From IMG/VR virus record IMGVR_UViG_3300025108_000029, positions 1-64,000 of that record: 64,000 bases of DNA, one strand, 5' to 3'. Within the stretch, counting starts at the first letter, position 1; each line of letters starts with the position of its first letter. Below are positions 45,201 to 60,200 of this stretch, one piece after another. This DNA comes from a virus. Both the position numbers and the translations under genes were made by a program. Under the pieces are notes generated by a model, which worked only from the letters and a program-made list of their open reading frames with translations, was not told where the DNA came from and did no database searches.

Positions 45201-48200
45201 TTTCCAAAAGTAGGTCGTGTTTACCTTGAAGACGGGGCAAGTGCCGCCTATAGCGAAAAAACTGGTAGTGGGTTTGTGTTTACTGTTGATACAAGCGGTG
45301 GGGCAAGTATAGAAGAACTAAGGTCGTTTTTAGATGCAAACGGTACAGCCTACACATCATTTCATGAATGGTTAAACGGTGTTGGTATTATTACAAATGC
45401 CACAGAAGATGAATATGAAATAAGTGTAAAACTATTCAACGACCCTCACTTTGGTGATGACAACCTTTGCGAAGACGGTAGTACAGTAAACGATAGAATG
45501 TTCCAAAGTATGGACACTGTTAATCATGATTATCAATTGGGTACGCAATATGCCAGTACTCGTGCAATGGTTGAAGTTCCTCTTTTCCCTAAGCAGTTTT
45601 TCGACCACGCACCTACTGGTATTTTCCCCGGACCGGACAACAGTATGAAAATACACCTTGATGCTACCTATACCGCACACTCATGGAATCCAACTCCTGT
45701 CGGTCGTCGGGCAGACGACATCGCTGTAAGCGACCGTAATGCTCATTCAGCATACGGGTTTAACGCAAATAGTAACGAGCATGTATCATCAACCACTATT
45801 ACTCAAATCGTAGTAAGTACTAATCACACTGACATATATGTTTCACACCCAAAGTTATTCCCAAGTGCTGAATCAGCGGAGAATCAGCATAGAAACATGA
45901 AGGATGTAATACGCTATCGTCGTGTTTTCCTGTCAAACAACCAATGGGGTATATACCAAAACGACCCTGCTACTGATGGCTATATTCGCATCCCGACCAA
46001 TGTATCGGGTGGTTTTACTGGTGGCTTTTCGGAGGACTTCTTCGCAGATGCTATTGTAGGTGCTTTACTGTATGTAGCGGGTGGTTATCGAAACGAAACG
46101 CTTATTCCAATTGCATCGGATGAAAGTACACCGTCATCCGACTTAGAAAATCGCTCACCTTACTATTACGACCCCGCCAACATGCAAACTCAAGGCGGCA
46201 ACCTCGATTACGGATTGCGTCAATATGTAAGCGCAGTGGAGTTCAAAGAAGGACCGCTTACCAATCCCCACGCCCCTCGCATACAATCAAAGAACGCTTC
46301 ATCAACTATTTTAGAAGTAAACAAAGTATCTGCGGGTTTAGACAATAATCAGTCACTATATTATTTTACTGTTGATGATGCATCTACATTCCCCGAAGTG
46401 CCGTTTAGTAAAATAGGTGGTTATGAGACTGATTCCAATAATCCTACATTCGGGAATGGTGATATGATATTTGTTGCCGAAGTTCTCACTGACACGCCTA
46501 TCGAAATGATTTTTCTCGGAAACATTGCAAGTGTGAGTGAAACGGCAAATCAATTTGTCTGCGCCGCACCTTCAAGTTTTTCTACAACTAATTTTAAAGG
46601 TAAAACAATACGATTGAAAAAAGCCTGTCGTGCTTTGTATTCACTTACTGACCCTGCTAATGCTTACATCAATGAGTTTAGTGCGACAACTTTCAAACCA
46701 TCGGTAGGTGGTGAGCAATGGACATTTACAGCGGCGGGTGCGGTAGGTGCAACTACTCTTTCGATAGCACCTGCAACTGCTACTCTTATGCCACAGGCCA
46801 ATACTGTAGGTATCAACCTTCGACCGGGTGATGAACTCTTTATAGAGGATGTGAGTGACGCTAATCACATCAAATATGTAGGAAAGGTTGCATTTATTGA
46901 ATCACCGTATGCTGGTAGTGGACACGCTACAAACACAGTAATTACACTTGATGGTACTAATGCAACTACTATTGCATCCGGCGACCCGTTGCGAGTAAGT
47001 TTTGGAACTGTTACTGAAAACGACCCCGATGCTATCCTCAACCGTACATGGTTATACCCTTATGCTCAAGGCGGGCTACGAAACGGTGATACCATATGGA
47101 TGAACATGACAATGAATAACCCTCATGCTGTTGAAGGGTTGTTTGCTAAATCTCGTGGTGTGTTAAGCGAAGGTCAAGTTTGGACAGGTTTTAATGGCGG
47201 AAAGGGTGCTTTAGCGACTCGACCTCGTGATTCTATACCACTTGAAAACTTTTTAATTGGAGATTCATGTCTTGAAACCGCCAACAACTTTGTTCAACAT
47301 GTAAACAAAACCATTGAATTAAATTACGAATCAATGGGACTATCATCATCTCAAGCACCGACTGTTGCTTATCTCGACCCTTATCTCGCTACCAAAGGCC
47401 ACGCACGAGTTTTGATGTTTGATGTAGCACACGACCGTGAGTTCATTGCTTTCCATGATTTACATATGCAGGTTCAATCGAGTGCCGCTACACCGCACAT
47501 CGGTTTCGGTCGGCACATTGTTACTGCTGATGGTATTGTAGATATTGACCGATACTTGGTGCAACAGAATGGTGGCGCACCGCATTACTTTACTACTCAA
47601 ATAGATGTAGCAAATGGTTTCCCAAGTGAAAATCCATACATGCGTAGAACACAGCAATCAAAGTTTATTGAAAGTGCATATGTGCATAACATAGCAGGTA
47701 ACACATCCGAAGATGTAATGGGAACGAATGCTGGTGGTGAAAACCCAATTAGTAATTTCTTGAATCATGACTCTTATGCTATACCCGGTCAAGGGAAAAC
47801 AAAATTAGCACTAATAGGAAACTCGTTTACCGAAGCATGTGATACCGACCATGCCGCTACGGGAACTGATACTCATGTATTTGGTGGTAATGTAAGAATT
47901 ATACGATTGAATGGTACTATTGGTATAAGATTGAGTAAGTTTTCAGTGGGTATGACTGTAAGCGGAACGGGTATAGCAAGTGGTTCTAAAATTATTGAAA
48001 TAGATATCAATGCAGGTTTGTTGTATCTTGATAAGGACACTACGGCAACCAATTCAAATCAAACATTAACATTCACTACGACAAATAATTCGTACTTTAT
48101 GGGTAAGGGTCACGGTCATTATGTTCATACTGGTTTTATGAATGAAGGAACAAGTAGTTCTTTCACTGTTGCAGACAGTACATTACCTCGTGTTCAGCCA

Positions 48201-51200
48201 GCCGTAGCCTCACCCTACTGGGCTGACCGATTACACGCTTTATCAAGAAAATCACTTGGTGCTACACAAACACTCGCTGGTGCTTTGAAAAAGTCTCGTC
48301 TTGCAAACAATCCCGATACATTTACTCTTCGTGATGCCAGTACTATGATGGACACACCGGATGGCACACGAGCCATTTCAGCATTCCTTTGCTTAAAGGG
48401 TATTCGCTCTCAAAGTCTATTACTTTCTAACCATGAAGAAAGTCGTTTGCAACACCTCGACCATTGGAGTAAAATGGATTTCGTGCGTCGTCTTACTATT
48501 GACTTTGGTGAAGTAGGTATCAAAGAAGGTGTTACAGATATTGAAGCCGCCGCACGAGAGATTGTTCGTTTAATCAATCAAGGTGGTGCAAAGAACGCTC
48601 TTACTACCGGTGCTATGAACGCTGATACTGGTTCTATACACGACCCTGCACCTTGGTGGTTTGCTGACGAAGCATTTGATACTCAAGACCGTGGTAGCCA
48701 TATGGGTTATTTACGAGCGCATTTGGGTCGAGTTGTAGAAGACCTTGACGGTAACACAGGTCATTCTATCGTTATACATTCTACCATACCGGGTGCAAGT
48801 GGTCGTAACTTCTGTACATGGTTGGACAACAGTAAGGGTCAATCTCAATACAAACCCCAATTCCTTATCGGTCACGGTGGGCGTTTCCGAAACTTTTGGT
48901 GTCAACCCGACGAAACCAGTGGTGAGAATATGCACCCTGCACCTATGCCTATTAACAAGCATGGCAGACCATTTGCACCGATTACTACACTCCGAGAGTA
49001 TGTTACGCAAGAAGAAACAGATGATAATTTTGTAAGTAATGGTGACTTTGATGTAAGGCAAAATGATTTGTCCAGTACCATACAAGGAAGAAATACAAAA
49101 AGAAGTATTTCAGCGTTTAATGGTAGTGGAATGAATGCCAATACAATCAATGATGAGTCTTTTGAATCGCAAAGCCCGTCAAAGACCCTTGTTGAAGGAT
49201 TACGAACTGGTACACAGGCCGTAGGTAGAATCAACTTTGGTGGTATGGTAGCCGCTGGTATTCCGGGTTTCGCCCCCGATGCAGGTGTATGGGGTCTTGG
49301 TGAGCGAGGTAATACAGACTTTGATACTCGCTACTCTAATGCTATTTCTACAGGTAATACAGCACCTACATCAATAGCAGACTATTCGGACCATGTGACA
49401 GATTCTCAAGTTGAAAATGTAGGTGATGGACAACTATATGGATTCCAATTTGAAGACCACCGTGGTAATAATTACGGTGTACGCTACATTTATCGAGATA
49501 TGGGAACTAATTTTAGTAATGATAATACTATATTACCGCCTACTCTTGACAATGAAATATGTGTATATTTTGATGACCGAGATGTAGGGCAAGGAGGATT
49601 TACCATTGGTAATCACATGCTCGGTTTTGGTGATGTTACTGGTCGCATTGATACAACAGGCGACCTTACAGAAGCGTCATACCGTGGTAATCGCTGGAAT
49701 GGTGTACCCGCACCTTCTGTTGGTATTGATGCAAGTGTTACTTGGTCGGGAACAGAATTAACAGTTGTACTACAAGCACCGTTTGATACTGGTGGAGTTG
49801 GCGACGGGGTAATGGGTAATCACCCCGATGTTCTCGGTTATCTCGGATTCCCGAAAACAAACGGCCTTCTCCAAATCAATGATACCTTTACCGGCACTAC
49901 AGGATATACTGACGCTGATGGTAATGCCGGAATAAAAGGTATTGTCGGGCATACCGTTTCTTACACACACCGTACACAAAACGATAACAACGGAACACAT
50001 ATTTTCTACGGAGTGGTTGGAGATACATTCACTTCTTCTCACTTTGTAAACAGCGGAACAGTAGACGATACTACCAAAGTAAATCCAACCGACAATGTGC
50101 AACTGCGTGTATTACTTTCACCTCGAATTAACTGGACAACGCTTGTTACTGATGAATTGATGGCGGCTGTTACTGCGGCGGCAATTAACCATGAAGACCC
50201 AAACCGTTTACTCAACTTTGATTGCCGAGAGATGTATGCCGCAGATGGGCGTACATTTGGGCAATGGGGTGTAGCCCCCGATGCTATCAAAATACGAGCG
50301 CATACTCCATCAAGAAACACATTACCGCTTTCTCAAATGTTTGAGGCTACATTGCATAAAGACTGGGGTATTCAAGCCGCCCACCTTGAATATGGTGAAT
50401 ATACAACTTTACATGAAACAACAGTAGGTTGGACTCTTGTTGCTACTGACCCTATTAACAAACCGTATAGCGATGCTGAACTTGATTCACACCGTCGAAT
50501 GGATGTAGGATATTTACCATACACTGTACTTCAATTACGAAGTAAGGGTCGAGGGTTTAATGCAAACACAGCCACTCCTGTACTGGTAGATTCATCTAAT
50601 ACTCCTTTATCGGTTACTTCTTGGCGAAGAAATCTCAAAGGTGAAAATTACACATCTATTACTGGCGACCATATTCTACCTTGCTTAAACAATCCGATTT
50701 TACTGTTTAATAATTATGACTCAACAGGCGGCAACATAGAAAATGAGTTTGTTTCAAAAACCAATAAAATAGCACACGCTATAATTCCAGCCGGACAAGA
50801 AGCGGATTCAATTGATAGTCTTGCTAAAGAAGGTTCATTCGGAGAAGAGTTGGTATTTTCATATGCTACCGCTGATGGTATAGCGAGAGGTGCAGTTAAA
50901 TCAATTAAAAGCACTGTATCGCACACCTCTTTGACATATACCGATGGACACGGTAATGGATTATGGCGAACAGCGTTTAACGGTGATGTAAATGATGACT
51001 TTGTTCTTACTCGCTTTGCTGAACCAAACCAACCCGGAATTGAGCGTGAAGCAATATGCGGTTATCGTTCATATGGTAGCGTTGACAGTGAACCTATCAT
51101 TTTCTTCCGTGGTGCAAGAGACAGTATAGACCACAGTGTACCGCTTTACTTTGGTGGTGGGTTCACTGGTGTTACACTCGACATTAACGACGGGACACAG

Positions 51201-54200
51201 AACGACTACTCGCCGTTCTACACTCACCCGTATTCCGGTGGGCCAACAGGAACAGCGGGTATTCAAAACGCCAATGAAATTAGCGGGTCATTCGCTATGG
51301 TGGATTGTAATGCACTGCTCGCTTTCTTCCCCGGCACAGCCCTTCTCAATCAGCACCGAGGGTCAATCAACAGCCCAGTGTCGAACAAAGACAGCATCCT
51401 ATCACCCGACCTACGAGGTGGCAATTTGGATGCCGACTTCGCTTTATTGAATGCGGCGGCGGCAGGTGATGTACGAGCAAGATACGCCGCAGGTATTGTT
51501 CGCCAACAGCCTGTACCGTTGGTGCTTCGCTTCGCTCATCCTACCGCCCGCTATCACGACAGTCAGCCTATCGTTGACGCTACCTGTGACATTAACAGTA
51601 ACACTACCGTCAACATGGATTCAACAGCCCAACTTGTTGTTGGTATGACAGTGACAGGTGCAGGTATTCCCGATGGGGCTACAGTAGCATCCATCACCGA
51701 CGCTACTACATTTGTATTGAGTGCCGCCGCCACTGCAAGCACAGACCCGGTTACTTTAACATTTAATTATATTGAAAACAAAACCACTTACCTTGTCTAT
51801 GGGCCGGGTCAAGCATTCCCATTCACCGAAGACGACAACTCAAATGCGGCTGTCGAACCACACCCCGGATATGTTGTTACTACTGGCAACACTTGGAGTA
51901 AAGTACCTCATAGTAAGTTCTTACCAAATGAAATTACCAACAGTGACAATTTGTATGGCCCGCCCGATTCAACATATCAAACCGCAAGACAGCGTTACCA
52001 TTGGCGTACTACGCTAAACTGGTCGCCACCGCAAGGAATACCAAATGTAGGTTATTTACAACAGCGACCGGAACACGGTTCTCATTATGGTGAAGTATTT
52101 ACAAACCCAACCGCTGGTAAATTAACAAGTGATAACGCCGCTGATTATTACAAAGCCCATCCTTACAAACATAGTGCTGTCGCATACTACGGTATCGCTA
52201 TGAGTGCAGACATGACATTTCATATGGATGGTGGGTATCATCCGGGTGGTTCATGGCTTGATAATCAAATGTCTTTCAACGCACCAAACCCCAACAGTAA
52301 CTATCGTTACGCTTTGGAATCATGGAATCAAGTTAATGCCACAGCATTCCGTGTTTCGGGTGTTATGGCTAAAACTATTCTTGAAGGTGCGAACAGCGAA
52401 ACAGCACTTAACTTTGACAGTGATTACATCGTTGTAGATGGCACACGATGTCAAAACGGTGAGGAACTGGCGACTATCATCGGCCAAGCCATCAATGAAA
52501 ACCCCGGTAAAGGTGCGCTTAAAGCAATGGGTGGAACATTCCTACCGTCTATGGGTAACGCAATGCGTCAAGACCGATACGGTTGGATTGAAACCAACTT
52601 TGTTTCATATAATAATCTCGCTGATGATTTACTCGGTAAGGTATTCAGTGGTGAAGCATTCGATGATACAACCGGAGATGTTGATAATTCCGAAGTTCAT
52701 ATTGTAGCAACTATTACAGGTGCTACGCAAGCAGAATTAGAACAAATACCAGCGTGTGGTTGGATAAGAACCGATACAGGTGGAAGAGATTATACCGAAA
52801 CAGATGTTGCAGAAGCAGATAGATACATAAAATCCTCTTTTGGGTGTTATCACAGCCGAGAAATATGGAATGATAGCGGTACATACAAAATCAAGTTTTA
52901 CCTCGCACCGAATAGAATAAGCGGATTACCTCTTTTAGAAGACATAACCACTTGGCATAACAAATGTCAAAGTGCAACTATGACTTTCCCGACACCGGGA
53001 TATGACCCCGGCGGTGGTGGCTTAGTTCACCCTTCTCCAAGTAATATCTATGTATGGTCGAAAGCGGGCGTACACCGTTTCAACAACGAAAATGAATCAT
53101 CTCGTAACCACATGACTCAAGTTCACTTTGGTGGTTTAGTAGATGCTATTGACCGTACACGCCCTGTAGGGGCTGTAGGATGGGCGGGAGAGCGTTATTC
53201 TTACCTCAACTCCCTCAAGGTAGGTACAGAAGGATATGGTGCTGGAAAAGGTGCTTGGCATCCTAAAATGGGTTTTACCCCGTATGGCTCATCAGCCTCG
53301 TGTATGAGTGTATTGGGTCATCTACCAAGTTCGTACCCAATGTATAACAGCCCCGAAGCAAGTCCAAGAGTCAACGGACAAGAAGCATCTAATGTATCAT
53401 ATGATGTTGCGCTTACCACACCGTACACTTGGAATATCGGTTTAGTCGGTGGTGACACTTGGTACGATAATTACGATTTCACTGATGTTGAAAGTACAAA
53501 GGACATAATGAGTGCTAAACCACCTCACATATTAGAAGCAACAGATTCCAATACATCGTATATTCTTGATAAGAAACTCCACCATCAACAGGGTGTATTC
53601 AGTCGAGCAATGCTTGTTATCAGTAATGAAAGTGAGTTGGCACTTGTAGCCAAGACCGACCGTGACGGTATAACAGCAACCGGTGATTGGCTTTCCGTAG
53701 TATCAAAAACTCGTGCCGGTGTAGCCGCCGCTACTGCTATCACTTTTGCTGGTACAACACGGTGGGATGAACGATTCCATAATGCTGAACGATACATAGC
53801 CCCCGCCAACGCTGGTCCTAATGTAGAAGCCTTGATTGCTACAGGAACAGCAACACCTACTGCTGATGTACCAAACGCCGCCTATGTTTTACACACTGCA
53901 TTAACTGGCGACCAAGACGCAAATCTCTACAACGCAGAACCTTGTTTTGCTGTCACAGGTGATTTATTCTTTGACACTGATATTAGCCCCGGTACAATGC
54001 TACTTGAGGATGTCACCAATGTGACTCGTAATATTACAAAAGAACTTGAGTTATCAAGCACTGATGCTGAAATTGATAATTACGATTACACTAATGATGA
54101 TTACTGGCTTGGTGATACCAACGGTTACAAGTTATCACAGCGTACACCTGCTCAAAACTTTAGTATCGAACATGTAGTTTGGAAGCGAATGGATGGTGGC

Positions 54201-57200
54201 AACCTTAGCCTTCCTGCACCAAACGCACGAGGGTTGGGTGCTGTACCGTTTGTTACTCGTGTAGCAGGTGGTAACGCTTACACCACTGGTGAAAAACTGT
54301 ACGGTAATAACCGCTTTACCTTTGAATCTACCAACAGTGCTATGTTCCCTATCATCCAAGCCCAAGAATTATCACACCCACAGATGGCATCTCGTCACCC
54401 CGATTTGTTGCGTAACATTCTTGAAATACCAAATGAAGAGATTCAGTTTGAAAGTATTACAGTAGTAGATGATACAGGGCAAGAACATACAGTAGAGGGT
54501 GGCTCACCGTTTGGGACAATCATACGAGCGTTTACTCAACTATCCAACCGTTCAGCGCAAGGATTAGCCCCTGCAATCTCCGGTAGCGGTGTTGAACCGA
54601 ACATGAAAATACGCTTACCCGACCCCGATTCTATACCGGGTAACTTGATTGTTCGCTCCGGCTTTGATAGACTCCAAGCCTATCAAACTGAAACAATGGG
54701 TACAGGTGGTATGATGACTAAATCCACTGTAGAACATATGTTCGATAACAGTTTGGTGAGTCCAAACCTCGGCCCTACTTACAGCGACCATAATTGGGAA
54801 CACCTCAAACAAGGCAGTGATAACCCCGAAAGCACGATGTCGGGCTGGCAAAGTTCCACTGGAAACGCACCCCTTGAAACAGCATACGAATTACACGACC
54901 GTACCTTGTTTTTCCATGTAACAAAAATGGGTAATACCAACACTCACAAGCATCCAGTCATCTATTCTCATGCAGATGGTGTTGTTAATCACGAACTTAC
55001 AGGCGTGTCTTTTAGTGGCACTACTTTAACAGTGAATACAAGTGTAAACTCCGCTGTTTATGATTCTACATTCGGTAACAAAGAGCGAGTCGGAGAGCGC
55101 AGATTCCTTCGCTTGTATAACCCTACCACCGATGAAGGTGGCGTAGCATCCTTTACTGGTATCAGCGGTTCTACATTTACAGGTTGCGTAGGCGATGAAG
55201 CGTTCAACAAACTTGTTCTTAGTAGTATTACTACACTGAAAGTAGTTCCTTCGTATTACATTCCTGCCGGTAGCACCCGATTCTATGGTTCACGCCGTAT
55301 TCGGGACCATGCCGAAGTAAGCGGTAACAGCCCCGACATGGCACATACTCATTATGTCAATTACTCGGTAACAGCCGAAGAAGCCATGACTGGTTATTCA
55401 ATATACAAAAAGCCGCAATTGACACCTGCACCTATCCCCCGTATGGGTCATCACTTTGTCAACGCAACAATGGCTATGCTACCCGGACATTGGGCGCATC
55501 CTGCCTACCAAGGATTATACGACAAACACCGAGCCTGTCGTGCGGCTACTTTACAATCGGATGAGTTTACTATTCTTGATGAGCGTTTTGATATGGATGA
55601 TTTAGTTACATTAGGAAGTGCTTCTGTTCATCGTTTCCCTACCTATGACCCGTTGTTGGTCTTTGGTTCATTAACCGCTACACCAAGCGGCCCAAGTGAC
55701 ATACACGGTGGTGGATTCTCACTGATGTTTGAAACTAAGTTGCGTAACGACGGTTACGGTGTTCTTGCATCCGAGGGTGATGCGGGTGTTACAAACTCAA
55801 AGGGTGGACACACTGTTGTTCTTGAAGCCGCAGGTAATTACACACTGAAAGAACATTTCCCCGACCCTGCCGAGGTTGGTGCGTATCAAATCATTATACA
55901 ACCAAATATGCATAGTTCGCAATTTATCGGTTATCATGCAAATGGCCCTGCTAATGATGTTCCTAATGGTAGTGTAAGTGAATTAACAAGCCAACAAGTC
56001 GCACTGGTTGTAGGTATTCGTGAACCCGATAGCAGGTATGGTGCTTATGCGCTTGTACTGGCTAATGCTACTATGGCTGATGTAAGAGGCTGTGAAATAT
56101 TTGTCAATGAATTGATGATAGACCATGACCCCGACCACGGTAGCCATTTCACTAATATACCACCGTTGATGTTATACAACCCACTTGGTGTACAAGCCAC
56201 GGAGTCACCAGCCTTTGTCCGTCGCTCTCTACCGTATTACCCCAGTATGTTCGTAGATGCTACGCCCGGTTTCACAACCAACATACCGTGGTGGTCTATT
56301 GTTCACAAGGTTGGCCCGGATAACGCTGATGCTGACCGCTTCAACCATTTGTCTTGGCATCGTCTTGACAACTACTATGAGTTCTTGAGAGCAAGTAGCG
56401 GCTCGATTGCTTCTCAAATTACGCTTGCTGGCTACCCAAGTTTCTATCCCGACTTATATTCCGAGATACTTGAGAATATCAGTCTCACACCTGTATGTTC
56501 TGTAGTGAGTGTAGCATCTACAATCATCACAGTAGATGATGCACGAGGATTCCCTAAGCAACCTTACTACGGTATGGTGCTTGAATACACCGATGCTACA
56601 GGTACACGAAGAACACACACTTACACTGAACGCAGTGGTTATGATTCATCATTGATGAATAAGCCTAAACAATTTACTATAGTAGCCAACTCTACTTTTA
56701 CAAATAATTTAACAGTAGGAACAAAATTACGCTTATCTCGTGCGTATGATTTCCGACCAGCGAATACAATTTTAAGTGACAGTAAAACAAGTATTATCAA
56801 TCAAACCTTATCTCAAACTTTAGCAGGTAGTCGTGATACCAACAGCCTACACATGGCTGATGCTTTCCTTTGTCTGTGGCATCCAAACCTTGGTCGCCCA
56901 CATACTTTCTACAGTGATGCAAGTCGAACATGGTTGAACCCACTGACTGACCGAGCCATCAACCAAAAACCACTCAACAGTATGCCGGAACATTTTGAAA
57001 CGGTTCATTACCATGACGCTACTTACTATGCCAGTATAGGGCCGTTTGCTTTGCGAATGAAAACAGCCATGCCACCTACCGAAGCACAATCAACATACTA
57101 CACTGCTACATCTGCGAGTGTGAGTGGTACAACTGTAACTGCTACAGGTGCTATCATGGCCGGATGGCCTACAAGTGGTACAAACACAGTGTATGTCAAT

Positions 57201-60200
57201 AGTGGTAGTGAGGAAGAAATATTCACTTATACCGGTGGTGGTGCTGGCGGTACAACATTAACAGGGTGTGTCAATGTTAAGGGTACACCATTGACAACTA
57301 TGGCGAGTGGTAATCATTCACTGCGCTATTACAAGACCGCTGACCTTGCCGCTGATGGTTCACACACTCGTCAAGTTGTATCACACACTGGTAATACAAT
57401 CACAACAAACGGTGGAGAGGTTATTGCAGATGAGGCTTACATATTTGTTGATGGTCGTATGTATCAAGTAAACGGTACTGTTGCAGAAGGAGGTACAAGT
57501 GTTGTAGTCTTTGATACACTACCACCTCAAATCGCTGTAGGTTCTATCATATACACTGATGCTGATGGAACACCTCAAACTGCTCAAACAATTGATACTA
57601 CTATCGGAACAGGACTTATGCAAGGTGGACAGTCGGACAGCACCGATACAGCCACCAAGAGTATGCTCAATCACTTTTGGCCGAGTGGTAGCCGTGGTGG
57701 ACCGTTGGTAAGCCGCCTCGATGGTTACGCTTATGTCTCATCTACATGGGACTATCCACGAGATTACGGCTTCGATGGGCCTATTTGGTCCGATGCTGAT
57801 GATGATGGTTCGTATGCTGTAAGTAGCGGTATCAGTAAATCATCGTATGATGGCATCAGCAACCCAACACGCCCACGCCCATTCGGTTATCGCTTTGGCC
57901 TACGCCAACCATACAACAAGCCGCAGTGGTCTATGTATGGATTGCGAGCATTGCGAGAGACAGCAGTGACCGCCACCAACGCCAGTGTAGGTTACACTCA
58001 CGGCCCATTAGTGCAAACAGAAACTCAAACTTCGACATACGCTGGTGGTGACGGTAGTTCAACCTCCACTTTCCCGAACACCTACACTGGTATTATGGAA
58101 CGCCAAACCAACTTCTCCGGTATGCTTGGTGTTGACAAACCGGAGTGGCAGGTTCGATACAGTGACGGTGTTCGCTTTACCCGCCCATTCGGTTGCCCTA
58201 TTCGCACCCTACGCAACAGTGCTACTGTACTGCGTGACTGGTGGGGTGACGGTAACGGTAAAGGTTTAGATTCGATAGAGGATGCCGCTAAGTATTACAT
58301 TGTTGATTGGTGGGGTAATACTCGTGGTGAGGATGTTCGCCGCTTCCCTGTCCGTTCATTTGGTATTCGCCCATCATGGGATGCGGGTGACGCATACGAA
58401 TACGACCGGCGAAACAACCGCACACCGTATCAACGAATACACAACAACGGCAACCACCTTGTCAATTTGAAGGGGCTTACTAATGCGGCTGATACAGCAT
58501 TGAGTGTATCGGCAACACTACCAAGATTCGGTGGTCGTTTAAACAACACTAATAATAACGATACAAACACTTTGGTTGATGTATTCATGCCATCAAACGC
58601 ACAGCGTGTAGGTGACATGGGTAACGGTCGGGGTATTCGATACCCAACACAGTTCAACGAGGATATACTCACCGCATTGAGTGAACCTATTCATACAACA
58701 GGACTTGTTCTCTCTCATCACACCGCCGAGCCTATACTCAACGATGGCTTCATTCGTGCAAGAAACGATGTACTGCAAAACACAGAAGTACCTCGTGGTA
58801 TCAGTTCACGCTTGGAGATTGCAGAAGACGGACTACTCAAGCCCGAAGCAGTAGTAAGCGACCGTATAGAGAACATTGTCGGTGACTCACCGCATAAGGA
58901 TGCAGTAAGCCGCAGTAGTCCTCGTATCGGTCTTGACACCGAAAACCTACAAGGTGTTGACACCAATCAAATCATCATCAACACCGAAGCGCACAGCCTA
59001 CACACTGACCGCAATGTAGGACAGCGTGTTGTATTACAAGGTGGTATGCAAACAGGCTCTCAAACAATAGGTAACTACGACCTTACCGCACTTGACTTTG
59101 GAGGACAACCTCAAGGTGGTGCGGTGCGTATGAGTCATACATCAAACTTCAACCCGCTTGGTGGTACTTACCTTGCTGAAACTCGCAACTTCCTTTCACC
59201 TGTTGATGATACTGATTGGGGTGGTATTCCTACATCGGGCATGGTACTATGGCTCAAAGCCGATAGTCTTGATTTGGCTGATGGGGCGGCTGTATCATCA
59301 TGGAAAGATAGTGGGCCGTATGGCTTTGAGTTCACACAATCCACTGCATCCAACCAACCATCCTATATTGCCTCATCATCCAATGTAAACAACATGCCCG
59401 TTGTAGATTGTGACGGCGATGATAAATTGGAAACATCATTTGACGCTCGTTTAAACACTGCTGAAATGACAGTGTTTGTTGTCGCTTGGGCAGACAGCGA
59501 TGATGGTGGCATTCATGGAATCATTGAGTCAAGAGCAGGTAGTCCAGCCACTCGTAGTGGATTTAATCTGTACATCCGAATGGATTCAAACAACAGGTGG
59601 CAGTGGTGGGGAGGTGCTGACACTGGGTGGGCTACGGTGAGTTCAGCAACAAACAGCGCAGTGGGTGGACAGGCCGAATTAGTCACTGCCTCTATTACTG
59701 GTGGCGATGGTAATGGAAGTACCGCTACCCTCAAAATGAACTTACAAGGCGCAGGAAATTACACTACGACAAGTGCTTTTTGGAAAGCAGACACAGGAGG
59801 CTACATTGTTGGTAATGTACCCTCGTCGTTTTACTTAAATGGAAAAATTGCAGAAGTAATACAGTACAATCGCTCAATGACTACTGAAGAAGAAAGACAA
59901 GTAGAAGGCTACCTCGCTGAAAAGTATGGATTTTCAAGTAATCCGAGTCAATGGAAGTCCAGCAATCCATACCATACAGACACTAACGGACATGTGCGTA
60001 CAAATGTGACTGATAAGAAGGTCACATACATGATGCGCCCAGTGCGTATGATGGACAAGCAACACATTGAGATGTTCCGTTCTAATCTCAACTTGCACTC
60101 ATCAAGCCCACAAGTAGGTAGCAACTACTTCGGTGCTACTGCTGGTGGTAAGTATGGACTGTATGTGTATGATGTGGATAACGGTAAGGCATCAGTTGGG

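Noticed and set aside
42267-59734. Many short ORFs on the opposite strand or in alternate frames inside the giant gene, and similarly inside other long genes
   Set aside because: Shadow ORFs without RBS, motifs or plausible composition, overlapping well-supported genes
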